64,000 nt of DNA, taken from the NCBI GenBank assembly GCA_010909165.1, contig MU008165.1, positions 372,001-436,000 on the forward strand. Reading direction: 5' to 3'. A program made the translations under genes and the position numbers. Origin of the DNA: Anthoceros angustus (Eukaryota; Plantae; Anthocerotophyta). The notes below the pieces were generated by a model, which did not search any database, was not told the DNA's origin, and saw nothing but the letters and a program-made list of their open reading frames with translations. Of this stretch, positions 38,595 through 47,999 are shown one piece after another. Every line of letters starts with the position of its first letter. Position 1 is the stretch's first letter.

Positions 38595-38854
38595 TGATGA
38601 GAATCAGAGCTCTTAGATTAGAAGAAGAAGAAACAATGTAAGTGTTTAATGAGTAAAGTACAAGCCTTTAAATAGGCTGGTAGTTGGGTGGTTACAACCA
38701 TAAATGGTTGCAACCATAAGTAGTTGCAACCGTAAGTTGTTGTAACCAATATAACTAATATAACTACTAACTACCTAAATAACCCTAGGTAAATAATAAT
38801 GTTTAAGTTATGAGGCCCTAATGAATAGTGCCCTAATCTAGACCTATTTCATCA
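38595..38854 (-). repeat. 5' LTR of the copia element
   Basis: 260 bp, directly followed on the minus strand by the PBS. Confidence 0.95.
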
Positions 38855-38859
38855 AAAGG

Positions 38860-39430
38860 TATGGCCCCCTCTGTTACTTGGAAGTGAGGTGTGGTGAGGT
38901 GAAAATTAGAGGTTTATTTCTCAAAGGATCGATCCATAGATATGAAGTACTGCCAGACGCTGAGGAGGAATTGATCCATGAGCTACACCGACAGGCATCC
39001 TCCCAATTCTGGGCAAAAGACTTAAGCTTGTCAGAAAAAGGATGTCTCCCAGGTTCAGGTTGTTCCTTTGAGGTTGAACAAGATTAAAGAGAAGACAGGA
39101 GAAATTCTAGACGATGGGAAACAAGTGACCTTGCCCATAATAAGGCAGCCTGACTACAATGGAAAAACGCAATGATGGTGGCCTTTTGGGTGCAGAGAAT
39201 GCCATGAGGGAGCATGACAACTTCGAATACTCGAAGCAGGCAAGACTGAGAAGTATGGAAGTGGTCTTGAGAAGCGTCTGGCAAAGGCTCACGTAGTCCC
39301 GAAACTGTGTGGAAGAACCGCGTAATTAGGTGATAGTTTCGGTTCTCACGCTCCGCCATGTGGCTTGAGATTGTACAAGGGCTCCAGCATACCGGCGCCT
39401 TCAGACTATATCCATTTTGTGTGTGTTCAA
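38860..39430 (-). mobile_element. Possible L1-like LINE ORF2 C-terminal remnant interrupted by the copia
   Basis: GILCTQKATIIAFFHCSQAALLW resembles the zf-RVT motif (C...ET..HLFF.C..A..LW). A downstream IYGSIL*EI resembles ILWEIW. Motif recall only. Confidence 0.35.
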
Positions 39431-39434
39431 ATGG

Positions 39435-39639
39435 CTTAGGCCAAATGGACACACATTTATAAGAACGTAGTGATTAAGCATCCTGAGCTTAGATCGGTAC
39501 TTAGATGGGGTGCCTAAAGGGAGTGGATGCCCTTGGTGCAAGTAGCTTAGGCACACCATGGTACAAGTTGTTAAGTACCAAGTCCCATGACGGAAATCCG
39601 TCCTTAGTGGACTTGAATAAAATTCTTCTTCTTCTTCTT
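39435..39639 (+). mobile_element. ~200-bp (TTC)n-tailed retroposon-like repeat, copy 2
   Basis: Aligns with 22983-23185 over its whole length. Ends AATAAAATTC(TTC)n. Confidence 0.75.
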
Positions 39640-40882
39640 GTGTGTTTGGGCTTTCAGCCCGCTTTCTGTTTGCAGTGTTTATCGTTGGCATGCGTTCCAC
39701 ACAGGCACCAGCATACCGTTATCCCCGACCGTATTGCATGCCATACACCAACCAACGGCCAAAAACCTCAACATGGAGAGGGTGCGATGGACTTTGTATA
39801 TTCAGCCGCTTCAAATATTATTGTGTTTATTCTACTTGTAACCCTGGGTGTGTAAGGAAGTAGTCCAATGGTTAAGGATTTGGGTTCAATCCAAGTAGGT
39901 GCAACATCGACCCAGAGAGGCGCAGGATGGTTCAAATAACCTGGCAGGCTTGCTTCCATACTTTATTATTTGGTAAATAATTATTAAAACATAAAATTAA
40001 ATTTCGCCAAAATGTGTAGGCCCCTACGGTACTAGAAAGGAACGGCGGCAAAAAACCCTACAGCGTATTTATGCCTCCTGCTGTCTATCAAAATTCATCG
40101 CTGTTTTTTTATAGTTCCGTGAAAAATACCTACTTGTGAAACTTATTATGTTACAATACATCTTAGACTAAGACAGCATCTTGAACTAAGAGTAAATTAA
40201 GACCAATAGCACACATGCAATTCATGAGAGGCTGTTACCTCTAGGAAGGAAGCTTCCTTTAATGGAATTCTTAGAAAAACCTTCCTCCAATGGAACTCTT
40301 TCAAAATTGTGGTGTGTATGGAATTCTAAAATTAGTTTCTTTCACTAGTAAATACTCAAACGGGACCAGCTTAAGATAAAAGAGCAAGAGGACGAATTTT
40401 ATCTTAAGATACCTAAAAAAGCATTTTGTCTTGAGTTTAAGGCGGCGATTATAGAGTTTAGGCAAAAAAAGTAGTGGGAAGGATATTAATAAGCAGGTTA
40501 CAGGGTGTAGGTTGAAGATTGTCAGACTGGAGAACCGACCTGGGAGAAACGGAGAAGATGTGTCAACTAAATGTGTTTTCGTGCGTGTTACGCTTGTGGG
40601 ATCACATTTTGTTGTGTGGGGTACGTTTGTGGGATCACATTTTGTTGTTTGGGGTGCATGTATTCGTGTGTTCATTGCATGTTCAGGGATATCATGATTT
40701 GATGTTGTTCCTCACCAGGGAGAAACGGAGAACATGTGCCAGCTAGATGCGTTGTCGGGGGTGTTACTACGTTTGTGGGATCAAATTTCGTTGTTTGGGG
40801 CGCATGTATCGTATGTGCCTGCATGCTCGGTGAAATCATCGTTTGATGTTTTTCCTTACCGAGCTTGAGTCGTTTTTTCTAC

Positions 40883-42598
40883 ATGCAGTGGTGTGAAATG
40901 GAATCGTCAAGCAATCTAGACGGTGATGAAGTTGGCGGAGAGATGGGTTGTTGCTCATTGGCTTTTGGGTGGAGAAGGAGACGTCAATATGGGCATCCGA
41001 CAAGTGAGAAGGAGACGTCAATATGGGCATCCGACTTGGTCGTCCCTGCAACTGATTCGTCAAGTGCAGTCGGTTTAAAGAGTAAGCAGGAAGACATGCA
41101 GGACGAAGTCGGGGGAATATTAATTGACGAGCAGTGTGAGCAGGAGATGTCAGAGGTCAAGTGCATCTTTTGTGAGCGAATTGTTCGCTCTTCCGGTGCT
41201 GAGAGGCAGAGGCTCAAAGAATTGGAGCCCATGTCGCTCATGGAGCTTAAGCGCAAGCTTTTAATGATCGGCATGGATATTTCCTGGTGTGAGCAAAAGA
41301 GTGACTTTGTGCAGGTTCTAAATCTTGCTTCGGCTGTTTGCTCGGAATCGGAGTGTAGGGAGCTGTTGAAGCTGACATGTTCGCAGACTTTGGGATGTGG
41401 GCATCGCTGTCGAGGAGTTCGAGCAGAACGTACTTGCCTCCCCTGTCTAGAGGTGATATCGATTGTGCTAACCCAAATGACACTTCTTGACCCATTTTTC
41501 CTCAAGCCACGATAGTGAAAATGCAATGGTATGGCGGAGAACTGATCTGACACCCTTTCCTCCTTCTCATAGGATGGCTGTCACTCAAATCCATGTGCTG
41601 CTCAGAAGGTCTTCACGTCTCGGGACGAGCTCTGTGCGATATGTATGCTGGATCCTGTTAGGCAAGCACCTGCCATACTGCTGACCTGCGGGCATATCGT
41701 GCACTTCCATTGTGCAAAGCTGAAGATTAAATCGGGATTTCCAGGCCCCGAAATCAGCTTTGGTTTCCTCGACTGTCCAATCTGTTTGCAGGTCATGAAT
41801 CATCCCACTTTGGAGTCTTTTGTAAGGGGACACGACATGCTGAGAGGGCGGGTAAGACATGAATGGTAACAAAGAGGATGCATGACACGTTCTTGGGGAA
41901 GCAATACTCGTTCATATCATGCAAAGAGATCTCAGTTTGAAACATTCGACTGTTCAGGTTAGGCAAATGGTAAAAGAGCAGCTGAAGACGGAACACATCA
42001 TGCAAGGAAAGCAACAAAAGCAGCTTGAGATGGAAAAGGAAGATGAGGGCCTCGGGGTAGAAATAACCGAGGAAATGGTGATTGCTGCCATGAAGAGGTA
42101 TCAATATCATGTGTGCTTTCAGTGCACGAAGCCATATTTTGGTGGTATTCGAAACTGCAGAGCGGAAAACGAAGGGTAGGTACTTTCAACATCTCTTGTT
42201 CGATTAAGATCTTCTGGAGTCGCTTGCGAGCTTGTACTAATCATGCTTGATTATGCAGGGAAGCCGACCATGATCCGCGCGAGCTTATGTGTGGCCACTG
42301 CGTTGCTGCAGCAGCTGGCCACGGACGATGTGGGGTAAAAGGCCATGGCACTGATTACATAGAATACAAGTGCAGATATTGCTGTTCCGTAGCTACCCGT
42401 TTTTGCCTTGGATCTGTTCATTATTGTGGCGCTTGTCACCTTCTTAGAGAAAGATGTGTGGATCCCAAGAAATTTATGCGGACCTGTCCAGGCCCTGATT
42501 CTTGCCCTCTGGGCTTGGCCCATGCCCCAAATGGCGAAGAGGCATGCCTTGGTTGTTCTCTCTGTCGTATACAACGACAAGAACAGATGTCACCGTAA
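40883..42598 (+). CDS. MYCBP2/PHR C-terminus-like RING-Cys-relay E3 ubiquitin ligase, short paralog (SAP-like, ZnF, RING-H2, tandem-Cys domain)
   Basis: Exons ~40883-41452, 41573-41851, 41958-42175 and 42259-42598, all GT-AG and frame-preserving. Motifs CSQTLGCGHRCRGVRAERTCLPCL, ELCAICMLDPVRQAPAILLTCGHIVHFHC...GPEISFGFLDCPIC, RYQYHVCFQCTKPYFGGIRNC, DPRELMCGHC, HGTDYIEYKCRYCCSVATRFC and CPLGLAHAPNGEEACLGCSLCR. Start codon uncertain. Confidence 0.9.
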
Positions 42599-42659
42599 AC
42601 GGTAGTAGAAATAATTGGAAAGTAAATACGAGCCTTAGGCTCTCCATCTCCATTTCTCC

Positions 42660-42930
42660 ATACAGAACAAGCCCCTTTTGGCCGAGCCCTTTGCTGTGCA
42701 TGCCCCTTTTGGCCGAGTCCTTCTGTGCATGCCCCTTTTGGCCGAGTCCTTGTTGTGCATGCCCAGCAATGCCCACCAGGGCAGGTGTGAGACAAGCAAA
42801 AGTAACAACAGCAGCCAAAATGAGGCCAGCCTCCTCCATTTGTTCCATACACAACAGGGCCCCTCTTGGCCGACTCCTTGCTGTGTGCATGCCCAGCAAT
42901 CAGGGCGGTCCGTGTCAAAAACCTCACTCT
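42660..42930. repeat. Short tandem and dispersed repeats (CCCCTTTTGGCCGAGTCC..TGTGCATG, ~30 bp)
   Basis: Three adjacent units at about 42672-42765 and a fourth at about 42860-42900. Confidence 0.75.
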
Positions 42931-43540
42931 GTTATCCAGCAGTCCTCTTTCAACGATCAGTGTGTGTAGCTGCCTGCCCTTCTGTTTAAGTCTTAAGGGA
43001 GATAGCCAAAATCAGGCCCTCCTGCTCCATTTGTCCGTACACAACAAGTCCGAGCCCTTGCTGGACATACCCCGCAACCAGCACAGTGCATGTCACCCAC
43101 CACATCCTTCGTGGCCAAGCTGTCAAAAACCTGGTGCGCATTGTTCTGTTCACCACATTTTGCATACTACCCACCTTGCAGGAGCCAAGAAACAAGCTAA
43201 AGGAATGCCACCGTCCAACATATCACACTGCACTCTTCTGCCAGATTCCAAGTCGGCAGCCAGTGCACAAGCTTGAAGGGCAGCTACAAACACATGAAAC
43301 TGTATCCGCACCTCATGGTACAGCTGTATGACCTCATTAGGTCTCCCATGCTTCGAGACATTATGGAAAACCACATGAAGGCGCAAGATACGGTTCCTAC
43401 CCAAGCATGACTGTGAGATCATAACTCGTCGCGCCACAAGGAAATCCTCATTCAGTAATGTTCCTGTTATGAGACCCATGAATTTTAGTTGCCTGGTCGA
43501 ATTCACATTGAGACGAACGTGGGTCATAAGGGAAGACGTA
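42780..43540 (-). pseudogene. Degenerate PLS-class PPR gene fragment
   Basis: Frameshifted motifs: FHNVSKHGRPNEVIQLYHEV, FVAALQACALAADLESGRRVQCDML, KVGSMQNVVN...RFLTAWPRRMW and VLVAGYVQQGLG...YGQMEQEGL. Confidence 0.75.
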
Positions 43541-44201
43541 AGATAGCTTGGCGGCTGATTTCCGCTTCTTACAGGAAGTGTCCGGAAACACCCTTCATAT
43601 CTCCAAGAGGATTTTTATAGACCGAGTTGTCTTAGCCACTGTTTCGGTCCTATCCAAGGCCACTAACAATGGCACTTGTAGCCTGCAAGAGCGACAATGT
43701 GAAACAGGCACCGTCGCGATACAGTACCAGTCTCTCTAGCGTGTTGAAGTGGATTCCATTTTCGCTGATTGCATGCAATAGTTTCTGGAGGATTAATCAC
43801 TTGTGTCCTCCCTTGTCCCAACTGCAATCCCTCACTTCAGTGTCCTCCCTTGTCCCAACTGCAGTCCCTCAAGCTCCTCGGGAAGGCCGACAATGTATGA
43901 TAGCGGCATATAGGGCTTCCAAGCTGGAGCCGAATCCGTGGATTGCAGTGGAGGTTAGCTGTGTTTGGTCACCTGTTTGCGAATTCCATCTCAAAGCCGG
44001 GAGGTAACGAGAATTCGAGCAGGCAAACATCAGGAACAGCCCGAAACAGTAGGCGAGCTGGATTGGGAAACTTCCCGTTTATGGACATGTTATCGGGAAA
44101 CCTAGCCTAGGTGGAGTATGGGCCGGTGCATCTTCCTGGACGGGAGAGGTCAAAGGGAACTCGTTCTATATTGAGCATGCTCTTTTGTGTTGTGAAGTCT
44201 C

Positions 44202-46929
44202 ATGGACTGGCTTCACCTTCAAGGTGAAGCTGTGGTTCAACAATTGCAGCATCCGAGTGAGGTTTACAAGAAGAGGGCACGATTGCAGCTAACCTTTGTG
44301 CGGGGTGAGTACGAGGATGAGGATGGAGACACTGCCACCGGGTTCTTGTTAGCTGATGTCCCTCCCAGGGCCGGGGGTACGAGATTTGGCTGTTGTTCCC
44401 CTAACACAGATAGAGTGTTTTCACATGCAGCAGGGCTAGGTGAAGTGGATGCTTCTGCTGGGTGTGAGATGGGATCGTTCTGCAGTCGGGATGTTGGGGA
44501 ATCCACCGCACACAGCTCTCGCTCCGCCTTTCGCATCCCGTCTTCTAGCAGGAAAGATTTACGTTTGCATCCGGACAGAGGGGATTCATCATCTGCAGCT
44601 AATTCGACAGTCGCAGTGGACTTGAATCGTAAGCGGCATCACGGGCAGCACGAAGTGGGGGACATACCTTTACATGATGAAGAGCTTCCGCAGGACGAAG
44701 CGGGGAACATACCTTTGCATGATGGAGAGCTTCCGGAATCATCTCTACATGATGAAGAGCTTCCGGAATTTGTCGCTGTGCAGGATGATGAGCTGCATGC
44801 AGTCCACTATATATCGGATGAGGAGATGACGGATGCGCAGTTTACATGCGATCATTGTTGCCAGAGTTTGTCGATGGCTTTGATTGGCGCCACGCTCAGC
44901 TGTACGTGTCTCTTCTGTGTTCCTTGTTTACGGCAACATATTGATGCTACTCTGGAAAGAGCCTTCGTAAGTTGCTCCAACCAATCATCAGATGTGAAGG
45001 TTACATCCGAACCTAGCACGTCTGCAGCTACATCTTCTGGTGCCAATGGGCAACATGCAGAAGCGTCCTCCAGCTCTGCTGCCTTCGAATGGATAACATG
45101 CCCCACTCCTAGTTGTGGTGGTAGTTTGAACCTGTTAGATGCACAGAGTGTGGCCCCTGAATCTTTCAGGAAATGGGAGGACAAGGCCAGTAGCGAATTT
45201 CTGGACCAGAGTACCTCTTTTGTACACTGTCCAGGGTGTGGAATCCTTATAGAGAAGGTTGCTGGCGAATTGCCTCAAAATGGGGCTCCAGAGAACGGTG
45301 GGATCCGCCTTTCTAAAGCTGCTTTGCGTCACAAGGCTGTAAATCGGTTTCGTTGTCCTATGTGCACAGTTGATTTTTGTGGCAAATGTATAAGAAAGCC
45401 CTATCACGAGGGGAAGACCTGTGAGCAGTATGAGGAGGAGATATCAGCTGTAAAGTGCATCTTTTGTGAGGGAATTGTTCGTTCTTCTAGTTCTGAGAGT
45501 CGGAGACTCAAAAAATTGGAGTCCATGTCTGTTAAACAGCTCAGGGACGAGCTTGAAAGGAGTGACGTGGATATTGCCTGGTGTGTGGAAAAGGGAGAAC
45601 TAGTGAAGGTGCAGAATCTTGCTTCTGCTGTTTGCTTGGGAAAGGACTGTAGGAAGCTGCTGAAGCTTTCATGTTCTCGGATTTTGGAATGTGGGCATCG
45701 CTGTGGAGGAGTTCGAGCAGAACGTACTTGCCTTCCCTGTCTAGAGGTGATTGTGCGGACCCAACTCTCGGGTACAGAAGTTGGGTCCCAATTTCTGTAC
45801 CCGACTTCTGTACACTCTTTTTCTTTGTCGTAGTGAGAATGCTTTGGCATGTCTGACAACTGATAGGACACCCTTTTCCTACTTTCCACAGGATGGCTGT
45901 CACTCAAATCCAGGTGCTGGTCAGAAGATCTTGACATCCGGGGACGAGCTGTGTGCTGTATGTATGGTGGATCCCATTAGACAAGCACCTGCCATACTGC
46001 TGACCTGTGGGCATGTGGTGCACTCGCAGTGTGCAAAGAGGAAGATTGATGAGGGGTTTCCAGGCCCCGAAATCAGCTTCGGTTTTCTTGAGTGTGCACA
46101 ATGTTCACAGGTCATGGAACATCCAACTTTGGGGCCTCACGCGTGGAAGCATGAGAAGCTGAGATTGCTGGTGGGAATTGTTATCCCGGATGTTCACATT
46201 CTCGGTGAAGCAATACCTGTTCACATCATGCAAAGAGATCCTCAGCTTGAGACATTTGGCTGTGCAGGTTAGGCAAAGGGTAGGCGAGAGGCTCAAGATT
46301 GAGCGAATGGAAGAAGAGCGGCGCAAGATGGGGGCTTCATCAAAGCCTTCAAAGTGGAAGGTAGACCAGTTGAGGGCAGACAAGGCAAACGTAGAAGTAA
46401 CCGAGGAGTCGGTCAGTGATGCCATGAAGAAGTACCAGTATTACGTCTGCTGTAAGTGTAAGGAACCATATTTTGGTGGTATGCGCGACTGTAGAGCGAG
46501 AAATGAACGGTACGTGACGGGCAAAACACATCATTCTCTCTTGATAATTTCAAGATTTTCTGGTCTCGTTGGCAAGTCTATACTAATGATGCTTGATTGT
46601 GCAGGGAAGACGGTTATAATCCGGGCGAGCTTATGTGTGGCGGCTGTTCTGCAGCCCTTGTTGGTAAGGGAAAATGTAAGGTAGCAAACCATGGCACTGA
46701 TTACATGGAGTACAAGTGCAAGTATTGCTGCTCCGTGGCCACTTTCTTTTGCTATGGAACCACCCACTTTTGCACCTCTTGTCATCGTACGAGAGAAAGA
46801 GGTATCGATCTGAAGCAGGGCATTGTTAAATGTAAAGGCCCTCAGCACTGCCCTTTACGGATCGAGCATGCCCCAAATGGCGAAGAGTCATGCCTTGGCT
46901 GCTCTCTCTGTCGTATCCAAGGGCAATAA
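44202..46929 (+). CDS. RING1-IBR-SAP-like-ZnF-RING-H2-tandem-Cys protein (RBR/RCR hybrid E3 candidate), about 796 aa
   Basis: Exons 44202-45746, 45892-46170, 46268-46509 and 46605-46929. RING1-like CDHC..SCTCLFCVPC..CPTPSC. IBR CPGC..CPMCTVDFCGKC..PYHEGKTC. MYCBP2-like CGHRCGGVRAERTCLPCL, GPEISFGFLECAQC, YQYYVCCKCKEPYFGGMRDC, ELMCGGC, HGTDYMEYKCKYCCSVATFFCYGTTHFCTSCH and CPLRIEHAPNGEESCLGCSLCR. Start codon uncertain. Confidence 0.92.
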
Positions 46930-47999
46930 GGATGGCACTTGGGAGAAACAATGCTCTGTTGTTGAAGACCCTCAACTATTTCAAGTGCATGGTTATCGTA
47001 ATGCTTGTTGCAGCTGTCATCCTGTTACCATCCAGCCTGGCCACAGAACTTGCCGACAAAGCCACTTTGAAGTGGTTCATTATGGTGCCCGTTATTCACC
47101 AACGAGCAGTATGCCTGCCTCTCACTCGCAATTGAATGTTGCTTTCTGCAGACCGGACAGCAAAGCACCCAGGTCTCCATCCCTCCTAAAGCTGCCCACT
47201 TCCCTATCTGCGCATCAAGATCCTCCCATCCAATGGCCTACCTGGCCTTGACAAGGCGTCTCCGACCGGACAGCAACGCACGGTTTCACACGATCAGGGT
47301 CAGGGGTGGGAGCCCCGAATCCGGTCAGTCGTGCCGTTCATTCATGTATTGTTCAACTTCTACGGCTTATTCATACCCATTTTACGCGGAAGCTGCAAGA
47401 CAACGGAAGACAGATTCTTATAATTTTCTGCAGGCTGAAAAATAATGCACCATACAACATTCAACGGTAGGCTGTCTCCCTTATCATTTTTCACTCTCTA
47501 GTTGGATGCGAGACTTTATAGACTTTATAGGGGAGTCCCATAATTTTTCACTGTCTAGTACTCATCATGTATTTTTCATATCAACTCGGCCATCTTAATA
47601 CCTACTTATTGTATAAATTAGTGGAAGCTTATGGCCATCTTAATACCTACTTATTGTATAAATTAGTCGAAGCTTATCTCGTTCATCCTATTCGTAATAG
47701 GATATAGGGGGTTATAGGGTAGATTAGTGCAGGGGCACGCCCCTGCGCCTGGTGCCCCGTCGTGGGTTGTCCCCTTTTGCCTCGGGGTAGATGGGATTTC
47801 CCATCTGGTTCTTTAATAAAGTCTCCACATTCCCTATTTTGTAATTGGTTTTAAACTTATTAATTTTTACTCATTTTTCCTATAAATAGATCAACTATTT
47901 AATTGAAATCATACAATATATAGCTGAATTAAGCATTTGGTTTGACCACCCTATCGAACACATCCATTACCTCCTCTATCTTACCTCCACATGCATAAT

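Larger units (their letters stand above)
31380..38854 (-). mobile_element. Full-length Ty1/copia LTR retrotransposon with degenerate gag-pol
   Basis: Two ~260-bp LTRs (TGATG...CATCA), 5-bp TSD AAAGG (31375-31379 and 38855-38859), PBS TGGTATCGAGC (38584-38594, Met-tRNA-like) and PPT GAGTGGGAG (31642-31650). Domain order gag-PR-INT-RT-RH. Confidence 0.97.
29320..40029. mobile_element. Candidate TIR DNA transposon (Tc1/mariner-like termini) hosting nested insertions
   Basis: ACCGTAGGGGCCTACAC at 29319-29335 is the exact reverse complement of 40014-40030, extending to 24 bp with 3 mismatches. Right flank is TA; left flank is CA. Both subterminal regions are AT-rich. No transposase recognised. 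Confidence 0.45.

Noticed and set aside
39861-39892. tRNA gene or tRNA-derived SINE head (A-box-like TAGTCCAATGG, B-box-like GGTTCAATCC)
   Set aside because: The boxes are only about 11 nt apart, with no anticodon arm or acceptor stem. At best a deleted relic.
40883-46929. Animal or protist contamination as the source of the MYCBP2-like genes
   Set aside because: Contiguous with plant-specific genes (LPA1, PPR, DUF4228), with the same short-intron style and a PPR fragment between the copies. A chimeric assembly cannot be formally excluded without reads.
47729-47746. Helitron 3' hairpin GCAGGGGC-AC-GCCCCTGC
   Set aside because: The hairpin is real, but the spacing to the next CTRR is too short, and no 5' TC end or Rep/helicase was found.
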